A stretch of DNA of 64,000 bases, from positions 338,641 through 402,640 of the forward strand of contig CAZFGR010000001.1 of NCBI GenBank assembly GCA_964518475.1. The letters are read 5' to 3'. Position numbers and translations under genes: made by a program. The notes under the pieces are model-generated. The model saw only the letters and a list, made by a program, of their open reading frames with translations, was not told the DNA's origin and made no database searches. Position 1 is the first letter of the stretch. Every line of letters starts with the position of its first letter. This document shows, piece after piece, positions 18,644 through 29,576 of this stretch. This DNA is from an uncultured Nitrososphaerota archaeon (GTDB lineage Archaea > Asgardarchaeota > Njordarchaeia > Njordarchaeales > Njordarchaeaceae).

Positions 18644-19268
18644 TCCCGTACAAGCAATGCTCCAAGAAATCGAAAGGAAAACTGAGGAACAGATCCAAAA
18701 AATTCTACAAGAAGCAAAAATGAAAGCAGAAGCGATTATCAAAAAAGCCCAAGAAGAATTTGAAAGAGAGTTCCAACATGAGTTACATTCTAGAATATTA
18801 TTATTGACTCGACAAATCATAGGACGAGCTGAATATGAGGGACGAGTCGAATTACTAAAAGCAAAAGATGAGATAGTTCGGAAAATTTATAGAAAGGTTT
18901 CCGAAAAGCTGCAGAGAATCATTGATGGAAAGGAGCCAGGAATAGACTATAAGGAGATCCTTTATAGACTCCTAAAAAAAGCAGTGTCGAACATCCCCGA
19001 CGACGAGATAATTATTATTACTAATAGTAGGGATAAAGGATTGTTAAGTAAACACCTAAGGGAAATTGAGACACGGCTACAAAGTGAGTTAGCGAGGAAT
19101 ATCAAACTTCTTCTGGATGAAAAAGAAATAAACTGCATGGGCGGTGTTATCGCTAGAAACAAGGATAATACGTACATTTATCTGAACACGCTCGATGGTA
19201 GACTAAAAACCGCGATAGAGAAATTAAGAACCAGACTAAATAAGGATCTATTCAAGAAATTTATTTGA
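18630..19268 (+). CDS. atpE: A/V-type ATP synthase subunit E
   Basis: N-terminal coiled coil, MGGVIA...YLNTLDGRL. Confidence 0.88.
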   Translation: MGLSDPVQAMLQEIERKTEEQIQKILQEAKMKAEAIIKKAQEEFEREFQHELHSRILLLTRQIIGRAEYEGRVELLKAKDEIVRKIYRKVSEKLQRIIDGKEPGIDYKEILYRLLKKAVSNIPDDEIIIITNSRDKGLLSKHLREIETRLQSELARNIKLLLDEKEINCMGGVIARNKDNTYIYLNTLDGRLKTAIEKLRTRLNKDLFKKFI

Positions 19269-19277
19269 AGGAGGATA

Positions 19278-21062
19278 TTGGCTATGCAAAAAGGTCGCAT
19301 TATTAGGATTAATGGCCCACTAGTAATCGCACAAGATGTTCCTAACGCAAAGATTGGAGATATTGTGTACTTGGGCGAGGAAAAACTTATCGGCGAAATC
19401 GTTAGAATATTCGGTAATAAGGTCGCATGTCAATGCTACGAAGACACAAGCGGATTGAAGCCAGGCGATCCCGCAATAAACACGGGAGAACCCCTATCTG
19501 CGGAGTTAGGTCCTGGGCTCATAGGTCAGATTTTTGATGGATTGGAATTCTCAGAGTTAGAGCTCTGGCGAGAGTACGGGCCTTTTATGCAGAGAGGAGC
19601 AAAAATAGAGAGACTGGATAAGAAGAAGAAATGGTCATTCATTCCAACAGTAAAACCAGGGGAGGAAGTCGTAGAAGGAGATATTCTGGGAACCATCCAT
19701 GAGACTTCTGCTGTAATTCACCGAATATTAATGCCCGTCGGCATTAAAAAGGCTAAAGTACTGGAAATCTACGAAGGATCATTTACTGTAGTAGAACCAA
19801 TAGCATTGATAGAAACTAGTAATGGAGAGAAAAGAGAACTCACAATGTTACAGAGATGGCCCGTCAGACTAAACCGACCCTACAAGGAAAGGCTTCCTTC
19901 TACCGAACCTCTAATAACAGGTCAAAGAGTTATCGATACTTTCTTCCCAGTTGCGAAAGGAGGAACAGCCGCGATACCAGGCGGTTTTGGCACGGGGAAA
20001 ACAGTTACATTACAGCAATTGGCGAAATGGAGCGATGCTGATATAGTAATCTACATAGGGTGTGGGGAAAGAGGAAATGAGATGGCTGATGTCATAACAC
20101 ATTTCCCAGAGATAAAGGATCCTAGAACTGGCAAGAGATTGATTGAGCGATCAATATTCATTGCTAACGTAAGTAATCTTCCCGTATATGCACGTGAAGC
20201 TAGTATTTACTTGGGAGTCACCATCGGAGAGTACTTCCGAGATCAGGGATATAGCGTTGCTTTAATGGCAGATTCCACATCACGTTGGGCCGAGGCTCTT
20301 CGAGATATTTCAGGAAGACTTGAGGAAATCCCAGCTGAGCGAGGTTTCCCGGCCTACTTGGCTGAGAGAATAGCTGAGTTCTACGAGAGAGCTGGAAGAG
20401 TTATTACCTTAGGTAAAGACAACCGTATTGGAGCGTTAACTATAATGGGCGCTGTTTCTCCACCAGGAGGAGACTTTAGCGAGCCTGTTACTTCGATAAC
20501 TCTGCGATTCGTAGGAACATTATGGGCGCTTGATAAAGAGTTAGCCTTCAGAAGACACTTCCCCGCTATTAATTGGCTACTGAGCTTCTCTAGGTACTTG
20601 GATCAACTCGCTGGTTATTGGACGAGAGTAGATCACGATTTCCCACGATTTAGAGAGGAAGCCTTGTCGCTTCTCCAAGAAGCTGCTAAGATCGAGGAAA
20701 TCGCTAGAATTGTTGGTGAAAAAGCACTGCCAGAGTCCCAAAAATTGATCCTATTGATAGCTGAGATTCTTCGGGAAGGATACTTGATACAGAACGCTTT
20801 CCACCCCGTAGACACTTACTGCCCACCAGAAAAGCAGGCAAAAATGTTGCGGATAATCATGGAGTTCTATGCACTAGCTAAGAAACTTGTCGAAAACAAC
20901 GTACCGGTAGATCGCATCCGAGAACTTTCGGGTATTATCCGGAATCTCAAGATGATGAAAGAAATGGAACGCTTAGAGGACGTTGAAGCTACAGGTAATC
21001 AAGCAAAAGAGGCCTTAGTAAAACTGGCCGAGGAATACGGTATTTCCCTTGAAGAGACCTAA
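19278..21062 (+). CDS. atpA: A/V-type ATP synthase subunit A
   Basis: [42 protein letters not shown]; no intein. Confidence 0.98.
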   Translation: MAMQKGRIIRINGPLVIAQDVPNAKIGDIVYLGEEKLIGEIVRIFGNKVACQCYEDTSGLKPGDPAINTGEPLSAELGPGLIGQIFDGLEFSELELWREYGPFMQRGAKIERLDKKKKWSFIPTVKPGEEVVEGDILGTIHETSAVIHRILMPVGIKKAKVLEIYEGSFTVVEPIALIETSNGEKRELTMLQRWPVRLNRPYKERLPSTEPLITGQRVIDTFFPVAKGGTAAIPGGFGTGKTVTLQQLAKWSDADIVIYIGCGERGNEMADVITHFPEIKDPRTGKRLIERSIFIANVSNLPVYAREASIYLGVTIGEYFRDQGYSVALMADSTSRWAEALRDISGRLEEIPAERGFPAYLAERIAEFYERAGRVITLGKDNRIGALTIMGAVSPPGGDFSEPVTSITLRFVGTLWALDKELAFRRHFPAINWLLSFSRYLDQLAGYWTRVDHDFPRFREEALSLLQEAAKIEEIARIVGEKALPESQKLILLIAEILREGYLIQNAFHPVDTYCPPEKQAKMLRIIMEFYALAKKLVENNVPVDRIRELSGIIRNLKMMKEMERLEDVEATGNQAKEALVKLAEEYGISLEET

Positions 21063-21085
21063 TCAATTTTTAAGGAGGAAGCTTA

Positions 21086-22504
21086 ATGAGCTTGGAGAAA
21101 TTTGATAAAACTGGTTTAATTTATCGAACTACACGAGAAATTAGAGGTCCACTTCTGGTTGTTGAAGGTGTAAAAGGCGCAAAATATAACGAGTTGGTAG
21201 AGGTTATCCTACCAGACGGCCGAGAAATGTTAGGTACTGTTCTAGACTCGCAGGAAAACCTGGCAGTAGTGCAAGTCTTTGGAAGAACCGAGGGGCTTGA
21301 GCTTGGGGCATATGTCCGCTTTACAGGAGAGGTAATCAAAATTCCCCTCTCCGATGATGTGATTGGGAGAATTTTTAGTGGTAGCTTTAAACCATTAGAT
21401 CATCTACCACCCCCTGTCGGAGAAGAAGAAAGAGAAATATTCTTCTCCGTCATAAATCCAGCAGCAAGGGAACCTCCTAGCGAGTTTATTCAGACGGGTG
21501 TCTCAGCAATAGATGGAATGAACTCTCTTGTCAGAGGTCAGAAATTACCGCTATTCTCCGAATCTGGACTGCCTCATAACGTCCTTGCCGCTCAGATAGC
21601 GAGACAAGCTACAATTCCTGGCAGAGAAGAGGATTTTGCCATCGTCTTCTGCGCGATGGGTATTAAGCACGAGGAATATGCCTACTTTAAAGAAGAATTC
21701 GAAAGAACGGGTGCTTTGAATAGATCTGTCATGATCCTTAACTTGGCCGACGACCCTGTTATAGAAAGGATCATCGCACCAAGAATAGCTCTAACAATAG
21801 CTGAGTATCTTGCCTTTGAACTCGATATGCATATTCTCGTAATCTTAACAGATATGACAAACTATGCTGAAGCACTTAGACAAATATCTATAGCTCGAGA
21901 AGAAGTTCCCGCTAGAAAAGGGTATCCAGGATATCTCTATACGGATCTAGCAACAATCTACGAAAGAGCCGGAAAAATCAAAGGAAAGAAAGGCTCCGTG
22001 ACTTTAATGCCTATCCTAACAATGCCTGGCGGAGACATGACTCACCCAGTTCCAGACTTGACTGGTTACATTACAGAGGGTCAGATTATATTGGATAGAG
22101 AACTCCATGCGCGTGGCATATACCCACCCATAAACGTGCTACCTTCCTTATCGCGGTTAATGAAGGATGGTATTGGTGCAGGAAAAACTCGTGAGGATCA
22201 TCCAAGCGTAGCTAATCAGTTGTACGCAGCATATGCTGAGGGAGAGAAAGCTAGGGGATTGGCTAGAATAGTTGGAGAGATTGGTTTAAGCGAGAGAGAA
22301 CGCAGATATCTACGATTCGCTGACGAGTTCGAACGCAGATTTGTGAATCAGGGAGTATATGAGAATAGGTCAATCGAGGAGACATTAGAAATTGCTTGGG
22401 AGTTATTGACAATACTTCCCGAAGATGAACTAACAAGAATAAGTGATAAGATCATTAAGAAATACCATCCCAAGTACAGAAAAATTTCTACGGAGGTCGA
22501 ATAG
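21086..22504 (+). CDS. atpB: A/V-type ATP synthase subunit B
   Basis: [41 protein letters not shown]. Confidence 0.98.
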   Translation: MSLEKFDKTGLIYRTTREIRGPLLVVEGVKGAKYNELVEVILPDGREMLGTVLDSQENLAVVQVFGRTEGLELGAYVRFTGEVIKIPLSDDVIGRIFSGSFKPLDHLPPPVGEEEREIFFSVINPAAREPPSEFIQTGVSAIDGMNSLVRGQKLPLFSESGLPHNVLAAQIARQATIPGREEDFAIVFCAMGIKHEEYAYFKEEFERTGALNRSVMILNLADDPVIERIIAPRIALTIAEYLAFELDMHILVILTDMTNYAEALRQISIAREEVPARKGYPGYLYTDLATIYERAGKIKGKKGSVTLMPILTMPGGDMTHPVPDLTGYITEGQIILDRELHARGIYPPINVLPSLSRLMKDGIGAGKTREDHPSVANQLYAAYAEGEKARGLARIVGEIGLSERERRYLRFADEFERRFVNQGVYENRSIEETLEIAWELLTILPEDELTRISDKIIKKYHPKYRKISTEVE

Positions 22505-22507
22505 TAG

Positions 22508-23131
22508 TTGTCTATAGGTCTCAGGATTAGACCAACAAGGGGATTCCTATTAGAGCTAAAGAGAAGAATCCAAATAACTGAGGAAGGTTATAGGATATTA
22601 TCTCACAAACGAGATGAATTAATATCCAAATTACGTGAACTACTAGAGCTACTTAGAGCTGTGAGAAAAGAAGTCTTAGAGAACTTCCAGAGATCGCTCA
22701 GGGAGTTTGTAGAAGTATATTCCTTGATAGGCTCTGATAAAATTATTTCATACGCTACAGCCTCTAGAGGTCTCCTTCGTGTACGCATCCTCCCAATAAG
22801 TGTAATGGGTGTTATTGCACCAACCGTGAAAGCTATAGAAACCATCGAAATAGCTGATAAGTACCCTCCCATATTAAGACAATTCGTTTATTCCCTCTGG
22901 GAAATCACTCAAGACCTTATAAAACTCGGGGAACTAGAAGCACGTGTAGAGGGACTTGCCCTAGATCTAGAGAGAACTAATAGAACCGTTAATGCTCTAG
23001 AAAAAATCATCATTCCCCAGCTTAAAAGCATTGCAAAATATATCCAAGATCTAATTGAGGAAGAGGATTTAGAAGAATTCACGCGAATAAAACTAGTACG
23101 GGATATAATTATTAAACGCCGAGGGGGATAA
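22508..23131 (+). CDS. atpD: A/V-type ATP synthase subunit D
   Basis: RPTR..L, GY.IL..KRDEL, TNRTVNALEKIIIP. Confidence 0.93.
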   Translation: MSIGLRIRPTRGFLLELKRRIQITEEGYRILSHKRDELISKLRELLELLRAVRKEVLENFQRSLREFVEVYSLIGSDKIISYATASRGLLRVRILPISVMGVIAPTVKAIETIEIADKYPPILRQFVYSLWEITQDLIKLGELEARVEGLALDLERTNRTVNALEKIIIPQLKSIAKYIQDLIEEEDLEEFTRIKLVRDIIIKRRGG

Positions 23132-23133
23132 CC

Positions 23134-24159
23134 ATGTACCCAATAATAAGAGCTCATGGTCTGTATACTAGATTAATACCAATTCAATTTTACTATGATC
23201 TCATCCTCTCACCAAATGTCAAGATATTCGCTGAACTACTCTCGCGTACAGATTACTCCGATGTCTTACGGCAAATTAATATGGAGCAGCCCAATCCTAT
23301 ACTGCTAAGAGAGTTAAAAAAGGCTCTGAGAGAGAAATTTCGGGCACGCATGGAGTTCCTCGTTAAGATCTCCTTAGGAAGAGGATTTGAAAACCTTATA
23401 ATTAACTATCTAAGGAAGTACGAGTTACTTGACATACTAAAGCTCGCAAGCGCTATACTATCGTCTACAGAACCGCCGATTCATCAACTTTTTGCTCTAA
23501 AGTTCTTTGACATCGATTTTCAGGATATTATTGAAAAAGTAAAGAGTTTTGAGGAGTTAGTGAGTTACTTATTGACTCACGAAATATACTCTCAGACACT
23601 TAGCAAAATCGCATCAGAGATTATTTCGAAGAAGAGTCTCTTCTTACTAGAAGCTGCACTTAAAAAAGCTTACTACGAGACCTTAATAAATACAATAAGA
23701 GAAACTCGATACCCTCGATTAGAGCAATTAGAAAAGATAACTAGACTAGAGATAGATATTGAAAATTGTTTCCTCGCAACTGCTCCTTATTTATATGGAT
23801 ATTCTCCCAAACTTTTAGAGCTCTTAGTAATTGAATACCCAATGGCGCTTTCGTTAGGTTCTATATACCAAGCATTAAGATCATCATCAAGAATAGATAT
23901 TCTCCGAAATCTGCAACCATATACTAAGATTGTTGAGAAAATACTGGATAATAAAGAGGATGAAGCACACAAAGATGCGCTTAGAATTATCAAAAAATAT
24001 ATGCTGAAATTACGAATACCGGGGGTTACCGTTGGTTATATCTTCTATTATATTAGAAGATGCGAGTGGGAGATGATGGATTTAGAAACAATATTGCACG
24101 GAATTTTCTATCGTGAGCCTCCAGAGAGAATAAAGGCTAATTTAGTAGCTTTTCTTTAA
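23134..24159 (+). CDS. atpC: A/V-type ATP synthase subunit C (d)
   Basis: 341 aa helical protein in the cluster; L..TDY, EIDIEN and E..DL..I..G motifs. Confidence 0.75.
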   Translation: MYPIIRAHGLYTRLIPIQFYYDLILSPNVKIFAELLSRTDYSDVLRQINMEQPNPILLRELKKALREKFRARMEFLVKISLGRGFENLIINYLRKYELLDILKLASAILSSTEPPIHQLFALKFFDIDFQDIIEKVKSFEELVSYLLTHEIYSQTLSKIASEIISKKSLFLLEAALKKAYYETLINTIRETRYPRLEQLEKITRLEIDIENCFLATAPYLYGYSPKLLELLVIEYPMALSLGSIYQALRSSSRIDILRNLQPYTKIVEKILDNKEDEAHKDALRIIKKYMLKLRIPGVTVGYIFYYIRRCEWEMMDLETILHGIFYREPPERIKANLVAFL

Positions 24160-24281
24160 TTCTTCATATCAACAGTTATAACCTTAATCGATATAATGAA
24201 ATGATGCTATATTTAGTTTGTAATTTGTGATAAGTTTCCAAGCTACATATTTACTTAGTTTCTTTCTAAGTTTCTTTCTAA

Positions 24282-25478
24282 TTATATCCAGTCTCCCGTT
24301 TCTAGTTTTTCTGGTAGATATTTCTCCGTAAGATACCTAAAGCCTTTACTAGCTAGGGCCTGAATCTCCGCTTTTTCTTTTTTCCTTAGCATCTCTTCTA
24401 TTTCCTCTTTATATTTTGGTCTTCTTTGGATAAATTCCTCTTGTAACAATTGTTTACCTCTCTCAATATCCTTTTTCGTCATGGGTATCCTAACAGTTTT
24501 TGGTATACCATATCGATCCAGATCACTTGGTCTAACACCAAGCCACTTGATATCTGGGATAGTGATAAAGGGTGTCTCGTAACTCATTCGCTTCGATCCA
24601 ACAGCATAAACTAGCATTATGTGTACCCCGAAGGGATCCGAGTCAACTAATGCAAAAACGGGTAGCTTGAGTTCTCTCACGAGTAGCTTCAGAAACATTC
24701 TAGTCCCAATGTCAGGTTGGCCTTTCCCAGTAACAATTATACAGGGGTATTTCTCATAAAAACGATCCTCAGCAAGTCTCAGGAATGCAGCGTCTTTCTC
24801 TACCACAAGAATGAACTCTGCATCACTCTCAATATCAAATATTCTGTCTACAAGAGGCGATATTGCCCATCCACCTGTACCTAACTTAGTACAATCTATC
24901 TCATGCACATCGTTTCCTACTCTTTCCTTGAACCTAAGCCTACCTATTACGGCACCTTTCGCGGCCGCTACGACGTGTAAGGAGTTCCTTTCGACTCCTA
25001 ACATTGCTGCAACATCTTCCAGTGCTTCATCACTTTCTCTCTGCGTTTGAAATAGTACGACATCATTATAGAAAACTTCTCTCTTTGTTGCGTGAATATC
25101 AGCTTCTAATAATTCATGCACAATACTTAGGATTCTAGCTGTGATGGTTGCTTCTCTCACAGATTTTGCCGAGAGAAAACTTCTTTTACGGAATCTCCTT
25201 CTTAAGAAAACCATATCAGTTGCCGGATCATAAATCACATTATCGGAAGATCTGTCAGGGATCAAGAAAAAGGGTTCTTCCCCGTTCAATACTTTCTCAG
25301 TAAATTCTTTGATAACTTCATGCAGTTTCTTATGCACTTCCTGCGGAGGCAAAGCTTTAACTTCGATCACATCTCGCGGCAATTTTATCTTCTTGCCATG
25401 CGTTTTAGCGATTTGCGCTCGTAATTTACGCACCTTCTCTAATACCTTATCAACGTGCCCTTTACCGCTCCTAGGCAT
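24282..25478 (-). CDS. top6A: DNA topoisomerase VI subunit A (Spo11 family)
   Basis: TKREVFY (catalytic Tyr), VVEKDA, TGKGQPD, VDSDPFG, KAEIQAL. Confidence 0.95.
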   Translation of the reverse strand: MPRSGKGHVDKVLEKVRKLRAQIAKTHGKKIKLPRDVIEVKALPPQEVHKKLHEVIKEFTEKVLNGEEPFFLIPDRSSDNVIYDPATDMVFLRRRFRKRSFLSAKSVREATITARILSIVHELLEADIHATKREVFYNDVVLFQTQRESDEALEDVAAMLGVERNSLHVVAAAKGAVIGRLRFKERVGNDVHEIDCTKLGTGGWAISPLVDRIFDIESDAEFILVVEKDAAFLRLAEDRFYEKYPCIIVTGKGQPDIGTRMFLKLLVRELKLPVFALVDSDPFGVHIMLVYAVGSKRMSYETPFITIPDIKWLGVRPSDLDRYGIPKTVRIPMTKKDIERGKQLLQEEFIQRRPKYKEEIEEMLRKKEKAEIQALASKGFRYLTEKYLPEKLETGDWI

Positions 25479-25638
25479 AATCCCGCCCCTACAAGAATTC
25501 TTCATTCAGATTAACCAATCATTCGCCATAAGATTACAGTCAGTCTTAACACATATATTCCAACACTACGTAAGTTCATTACATTTAAATCTACATCCTT
25601 TAATAGGAGAGTTAAGGCTAAACGTAGGGTAATCTTTT

Positions 25639-27657
25639 ATGCCAGTAACTCCCGTCAAAAAACTAACGATTATAACGTTTCAAGAATACGAAGACACTAT
25701 TCTAACAGCGCTCGGTAGAAAGGGCATTGTTGAGCTAAAGCCTCTTAGTGAAGAAGAATTTGGCGTTTTTAGAAAAGCTACCGTTGAAGAACTTAGAGAT
25801 ATAGAAAATCTCTTGTTTAAATTAGAGGGACTCCGCGAGAAACTAGATGTTCCTAAAGTTAAACCTCAACTACGCAAGGATATATCAAAGGATGATCTAA
25901 GAATAGCTGGAGAAAAACTAACAATTTATGAAAAAGAAATAGAGCAAATACAACACCAGATAGCTAAGACAAAAGAGGATATATTGTACTATAATCAATT
26001 ACTTGCTTTAGTAGGCTATTTAGAAAAATCGGGCATCCCTCTAGCAAGGATACGTCAACCCGAAGAAGGCAGAATTATAATAGGGCTTTTGGGGAATGAT
26101 GTTCTCCAAAGAGTATTGTCTTTCCTTGAGAAGTTTTCGCGAGTAAATTACAAAGTTTTTAAACTCGACGAAAACAGAAGTTTTCTCTTTCTTGAGGTGC
26201 GTAGTGTATTAGAAGATTATATTAAAGCGATCGTCGATTACCTAAAATTATTCGAGTTTAATCCTGTAGAAATCCCTGAAGAACTCCCTCCAGATACGGC
26301 GGAGGCTAAGAAACGGCTAGAAGATAAAATTAACAACCTAAATAATCGCTTAGCGGAACTTACCGACAAATTAAGTAAAGTAAGACAGGAATTCCTAGAA
26401 GAAGCCCCCTTCTTGAATGCAGTGATACGCTCGGCATATGCCGTGGCCAAAGCAAAGCTCAATATGCTCAGAAGTGCTACTATGAGCGTCCTCCAAGGCT
26501 GGATTCCCGAAGACATGTTACATGAAACACAAACTGTCATTAATGAACTAAAATCTAAGATAGGCAATAAGCTACTAGTTTTCTACGAAGATCCCTTACC
26601 TCACGAAGAAGTACCGACAGTTATGCGTGTACCGTCGTTGTTTAAACCATATGAGTCAATGATACGTCAGTACGGTGTGCCAGATCCTCATGAGACAGAT
26701 CCTACAATAATTTCAGGTATTTTATGGACTATAATGTTTGGTTTCATGTTCCCCGATTTTGGCCAAGGCCTAGTAATTATGCTCTTGGGAGTACTATTTA
26801 CTTATGTACTGAAGCGAAATGAGCTTATGGGACTACCCGTGAAAAAACTAGGCAAAATAATGATCGGAGCAGGGTTATCAGCGGCTTTCTTTGGATTATT
26901 AGTAGGGGATTTCTTCTTAACGGAACATGTCATTCATCCATTATGGCCGGGTCTGGCTCCTGGTTGGGTAGAGAAGTCGTCTAACGTCGTATGGTTGCTA
27001 AAAATCGCTATCTACTTCGGTATTCTGCAAATAACATTAGCATTGCTCATCGCGATCTACAACAGTATTAGGGAGGGACATTATCTAGAAGCATTACTAG
27101 GAGAAAAAGGTCTCGCTGGATTAATCACCTTCTGGTCATTCGTATTGATGGCCTTTGCATTCCTAGGAATAACCGTGATTCCTGAAATAAGAACTCCTTG
27201 GGGAACTACTATTCCACGAATAGCGTTTCCAGAGCTAAAATTAGAAGTATTCAACATCTTCGACCCATACATGCCGGTCTACAAGATCCCCACAATCACA
27301 TTCCTTGTCGGCATCATACTCATGCTCATAAAGCCAATTATGGAAAAAGAAGGCGTCGCGATGGCTTTCGGAGGCCTTCTCGAGACTGTAATCGCATTCA
27401 TGTCCAATATGCTCTCATACACACGATTAGCAGGATTTAATATAGCCCACGTAGCCCTAGCAGTTGTCATCGCGAGACTTCTAGAGGTCAATCCACTACT
27501 GGGCATAGGAATGGGATTGATCTTCCTGAATATTTTCGCTTTGACCCTAGAGTTCCTAGTAGTAATGATACAGGCTCTAAGGCTCGTATTCTATGAGTTC
27601 ATGACGAAGTTCTACAGAGGCACTGGAAGATTGTTCAAGCCTTTCAGAATTCTCTAA
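25639..27657 (+). CDS. atpI: A/V-type ATP synthase subunit I (a)
   Basis: QGWIP, YGVP...ETDPT, FGFMFPDFGQG, SNMLSYTRLAG (essential Arg), QALRLVFYEF. Confidence 0.95.
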   Translation: MPVTPVKKLTIITFQEYEDTILTALGRKGIVELKPLSEEEFGVFRKATVEELRDIENLLFKLEGLREKLDVPKVKPQLRKDISKDDLRIAGEKLTIYEKEIEQIQHQIAKTKEDILYYNQLLALVGYLEKSGIPLARIRQPEEGRIIIGLLGNDVLQRVLSFLEKFSRVNYKVFKLDENRSFLFLEVRSVLEDYIKAIVDYLKLFEFNPVEIPEELPPDTAEAKKRLEDKINNLNNRLAELTDKLSKVRQEFLEEAPFLNAVIRSAYAVAKAKLNMLRSATMSVLQGWIPEDMLHETQTVINELKSKIGNKLLVFYEDPLPHEEVPTVMRVPSLFKPYESMIRQYGVPDPHETDPTIISGILWTIMFGFMFPDFGQGLVIMLLGVLFTYVLKRNELMGLPVKKLGKIMIGAGLSAAFFGLLVGDFFLTEHVIHPLWPGLAPGWVEKSSNVVWLLKIAIYFGILQITLALLIAIYNSIREGHYLEALLGEKGLAGLITFWSFVLMAFAFLGITVIPEIRTPWGTTIPRIAFPELKLEVFNIFDPYMPVYKIPTITFLVGIILMLIKPIMEKEGVAMAFGGLLETVIAFMSNMLSYTRLAGFNIAHVALAVVIARLLEVNPLLGIGMGLIFLNIFALTLEFLVVMIQALRLVFYEFMTKFYRGTGRLFKPFRIL

Positions 27658-27767
27658 ACATATTTTTATTCGACTTTCCCCCATACCGTTAGAACTCTAT
27701 ATTTATATTTCAAATAGGTTTTCCAATACCAAAATTCACCAGAGATGTCGATTAAGTATTAGTTAGT

Positions 27768-28097
27768 GTGGTGAAATATAACATGCGCTCTAGTAGATTT
27801 CTTCAGTACCTCTTCCTAGGCCTTCTTCTCGCTCTTTCGGTATATTCAATAGGGAGTGTTCAGGCACAGGAACACGTTACAACGGGTGAAGAGGGCTTAA
27901 AATTCCTCGGCATGGCATTATCAACAGGTTTAGCGGCTATAGCTGCTGGATATGCCGTGGCTAGAACAGGAGAGGCGGCGATCGCCGCTATAACAGAAAA
28001 ACCCGAGCTTTTTGGTAGAACCATTCTTTATGTAGGTTTAGCAGAAGGTATTGCCATATACGGTATCCTGATCTCGTTCCTGATATGGATCACATAA
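27768..28097 (+). CDS. atpK: A/V-type ATP synthase proteolipid subunit K (c), single hairpin with N-terminal leader
   Basis: GLAAIAAGYAV, EKPELFG, GLAEGIAIYG (ion-binding Glu; no E-S/T sodium signature). Confidence 0.93.
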   Translation: MVKYNMRSSRFLQYLFLGLLLALSVYSIGSVQAQEHVTTGEEGLKFLGMALSTGLAAIAAGYAVARTGEAAIAAITEKPELFGRTILYVGLAEGIAIYGILISFLIWIT

Positions 28098-28193
28098 AAA
28101 CCACACCAGCCAGCCCGAGAGTTCTTATCATCACTCGCTAAATCCTCCTACTAATTTATTTTGCTCCCCACTATGTTTTCATTCTAATAATTT

Positions 28194-28466
28194 TTGGAGA
28201 TACCCGTTATGGTTCCTAACGAAACTAAAACAATAAAAGAAAGCACCGCCGTTAAGAAATATCTGTTCATGTACTTTATCTTATTAGTCACAGTTCAGCT
28301 AGTAGGTGCCCTTGCAATCGTCTTTTATGTACGGTACATACCTAGTCGGCTCGTTAAGTTTCTAGCTGGAGTGTTGATAGCTACATTCATAGGGTTTATT
28401 TGGCCGATCATATTAGCCATAATCATTCAGAAAATGTTAGCAAGCGGGAAAGCGGAAAAGGGATGA
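28194..28466 (+). CDS. Small two-TM membrane protein
   Basis: Two hydrophobic helices; start probably ATG 28209. Confidence 0.6.
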   Translation: MEIPVMVPNETKTIKESTAVKKYLFMYFILLVTVQLVGALAIVFYVRYIPSRLVKFLAGVLIATFIGFIWPIILAIIIQKMLASGKAEKG

Positions 28467-28539
28467 GAGATCCTTTCACGTCATAGATCAATAAAACTTT
28501 TAAATTGTCGAATAGAATAAACTACAAATGATCCCAGAT

Positions 28540-28614
28540 GGGGCCGTGGTCTAGTGGCAGGACGCCCGGCTTACGACCGGGAGGTCGGCGGTTCGATTCC
28601 GCCCGGCCCCACCA
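28540..28614 (+). tRNA. tRNA-Val(TAC)
   Basis: Cloverleaf, CCCGG-CT TAC GA-CCGGG, CCA encoded. Confidence 0.96.
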
Positions 28615-28705
28615 GAATTTCCTTCTCATTACTCCGAAGAATAATTTAAAAAATCCTAGTGATACTCTATACACTAAAAATAATATTATGAATAGAAGTC
28701 AAACT

Positions 28706-28779
28706 GCGCCGGTGGTCTAGCGGTAGGATGCCGGCCTCCCAAGCCGGTGGCGCGGGTTCAAATCCCGCCCGGCGCACCA
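28706..28779 (+). tRNA. tRNA-Gly(CCC)
   Basis: Cloverleaf, CCGGC-CT CCC AA-GCCGG, CCA encoded. Confidence 0.96.
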
Positions 28780-28793
28780 ATTGCTTTTTTACT

Positions 28794-29576
28794 ATGTGTT
28801 TCAGGATGTTATTCCCCGAATATCCTCTTTCACGAGACATTCTTCTTCTGAGAAATCGAGCATTATACATTCGGTCTCTCAAGGCTGTGGTCGTAGCTGA
28901 TCTTCATATTGGCATAGAATACGCGATGGCCTTGAAAGGATTGTTTATTCCAGCAATCCAGTTTAAAGAATTATCCAACACGTTGAGAATGCTGATTGAG
29001 GAATTAAGCCCTCGAAAACTCATTATAGTGGGTGATCTTAAGCACGAATTTGCGCAAAAAACATTACAGGAGCATTCGGAGACAATAAAACTACTTGAAA
29101 TGATAAAGGACGTTGGCATACATTTTATCCTTGTGAGAGGTAATCATGATAATTTTATCAAGGGTGTGTTAGAGAGATTCGATGTTGATTTTAGAGAACC
29201 GTACTATGTGGATGGACAATATCTTTTCATTCATGGGCATAAAGATCTACCCCCCGAACTTCTTGATAAGCACAACGTTAAATGGGTAATAATGGGCCAT
29301 GAACACCCAGCAATAATGTTCCGAGACGAAGTTGGTGGAAAAGAAAAAATTCCAGCATTCTTGGTGGGCCCGTTTCCAGATAATAAAGACGTCCGCTTAT
29401 TAGTTTTACCAGCGCTTTCTCCTCTCGCTACCGGCGTTGAGGTTAATGCGTCTCTTCCTGATGATTTTCTATCCCCAATACTTCAAAGAGCTGATATAGA
29501 TAACTTCACAGCCTTCGGTATTCTTTCTTCAGGAATACTAAAACTCCCAAAAATTAGGGAGATTAGAATATTTTAG
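28794..29576 (+). CDS. Metallophosphoesterase (calcineurin-like, Lhr-associated type)
   Basis: ADLHIG, GDLKH, RGNHD, HGH and GHEHP motifs; start moved downstream of tRNA-Gly. Confidence 0.88.
   Translation: MCFRMLFPEYPLSRDILLLRNRALYIRSLKAVVVADLHIGIEYAMALKGLFIPAIQFKELSNTLRMLIEELSPRKLIIVGDLKHEFAQKTLQEHSETIKLLEMIKDVGIHFILVRGNHDNFIKGVLERFDVDFREPYYVDGQYLFIHGHKDLPPELLDKHNVKWVIMGHEHPAIMFRDEVGGKEKIPAFLVGPFPDNKDVRLLVLPALSPLATGVEVNASLPDDFLSPILQRADIDNFTAFGILSSGILKLPKIREIRIF

Noticed and set aside
28100-28140. GTGATGA on the minus strand as a C/D RNA (similarly ATGATGA near 62600)
   Set aside because: No correctly spaced D', C' and D boxes.
28538-28882. ORFs 28538-28720 and 28667-28882, and the N-terminal extension of 28728-29576
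   Set aside because: They translate tRNA-Val and tRNA-Gly sequence.
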